Positions 63,801-64,000 of a stretch of 64,000 nucleotides of DNA are shown piece after piece; position 1 is the first letter of the stretch, and each line of letters opens with the position of its first letter. The position numbers were made by a program, and so were the translations under genes. The stretch comes from Cycas panzhihuaensis (lineage: Eukaryota; Plantae; Cycadophyta): NCBI GenBank assembly GCA_023213395.1, contig CM041465.1, positions 252,223,741 through 252,287,740 of the forward strand, written 5' to 3'. The notes under the pieces are model-generated. The model made no database searches. It saw nothing but the letters and a program-made list of their open reading frames with translations, and was not told the origin of the DNA.

Positions 63801-64000
63801 TGAGAGCAATATTTCCTCTACTAACCGACTCATGGGATGTGTCATCACCAAATATTATTAATTCCTTTTTAGTTTTATCTAAAGTGTGGAATAAATGCTC
63901 CTTGGATGTCATATGAGTGGAACAAACCAAATCAATATACCAATTATCATCTTCTTCATGGGCAATATAGCTAGATAAGAAAAACCTATTATTATCCCTT
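60879..64000 (-). mobile_element. Degenerate Ty1/copia element (PR to RNase H plus short 3' LTR, about 60879-61157); runs off the window
   Basis: CSTHMT (protease), LYHKRFEHLN (pre-integrase), FIIFIDDYTRKTWVF (integrase), IFISQRKY (RT), EDQATNIFTKSL (RNase H); decayed PPT at about 61160-61170. Confidence 0.88.

Overview
Heavily methylation-decayed, repeat-dominated DNA from a large plant genome, probably a gymnosperm (inferred from the retroelement families). I found no intact protein-coding gene, and there is a 500-N gap at 20175-20674. Main content: (1) a compact, intron-retaining SKU5/SKS (monocopper oxidase-like) pseudogene at about 8745-10710, with a partial second copy inside a recent tandem duplication (3975-7407 vs 7413-13157); (2) a structurally complete CRM-type Ty3/gypsy element (21748-28395, TGAT..ATCA termini, CCAAA TSD); (3) a large minus-strand Ogre/Tat-like element (about 29493-48629) that appears to lack the archaeal-type RNase H. 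It is interrupted by a Tork/Tnt1-like Copia (35891-43660), which is itself interrupted by a 2.5-kb solo LTR (40242-42735, GAGAC TSD); (4) degenerate chromovirus, Ogre-like and Copia fragments, microsatellites and an ~83-bp tandem array; (5) two CpG-retaining islands that look regulatory, one with an exact ERSE plus an ABRE/G-box cluster. The most unusual signal is in the CRM LTR pair: over 55 bp all 12 cytosines of the 5' LTR are guanines in the 3' LTR, with no other change, resembling a strand-coordinated kataegis-type mutation shower. Many frameshifts look like CWG-to-CG collapse errors, so some apparent decay may be assembly artefact. All identities are by-eye estimates.
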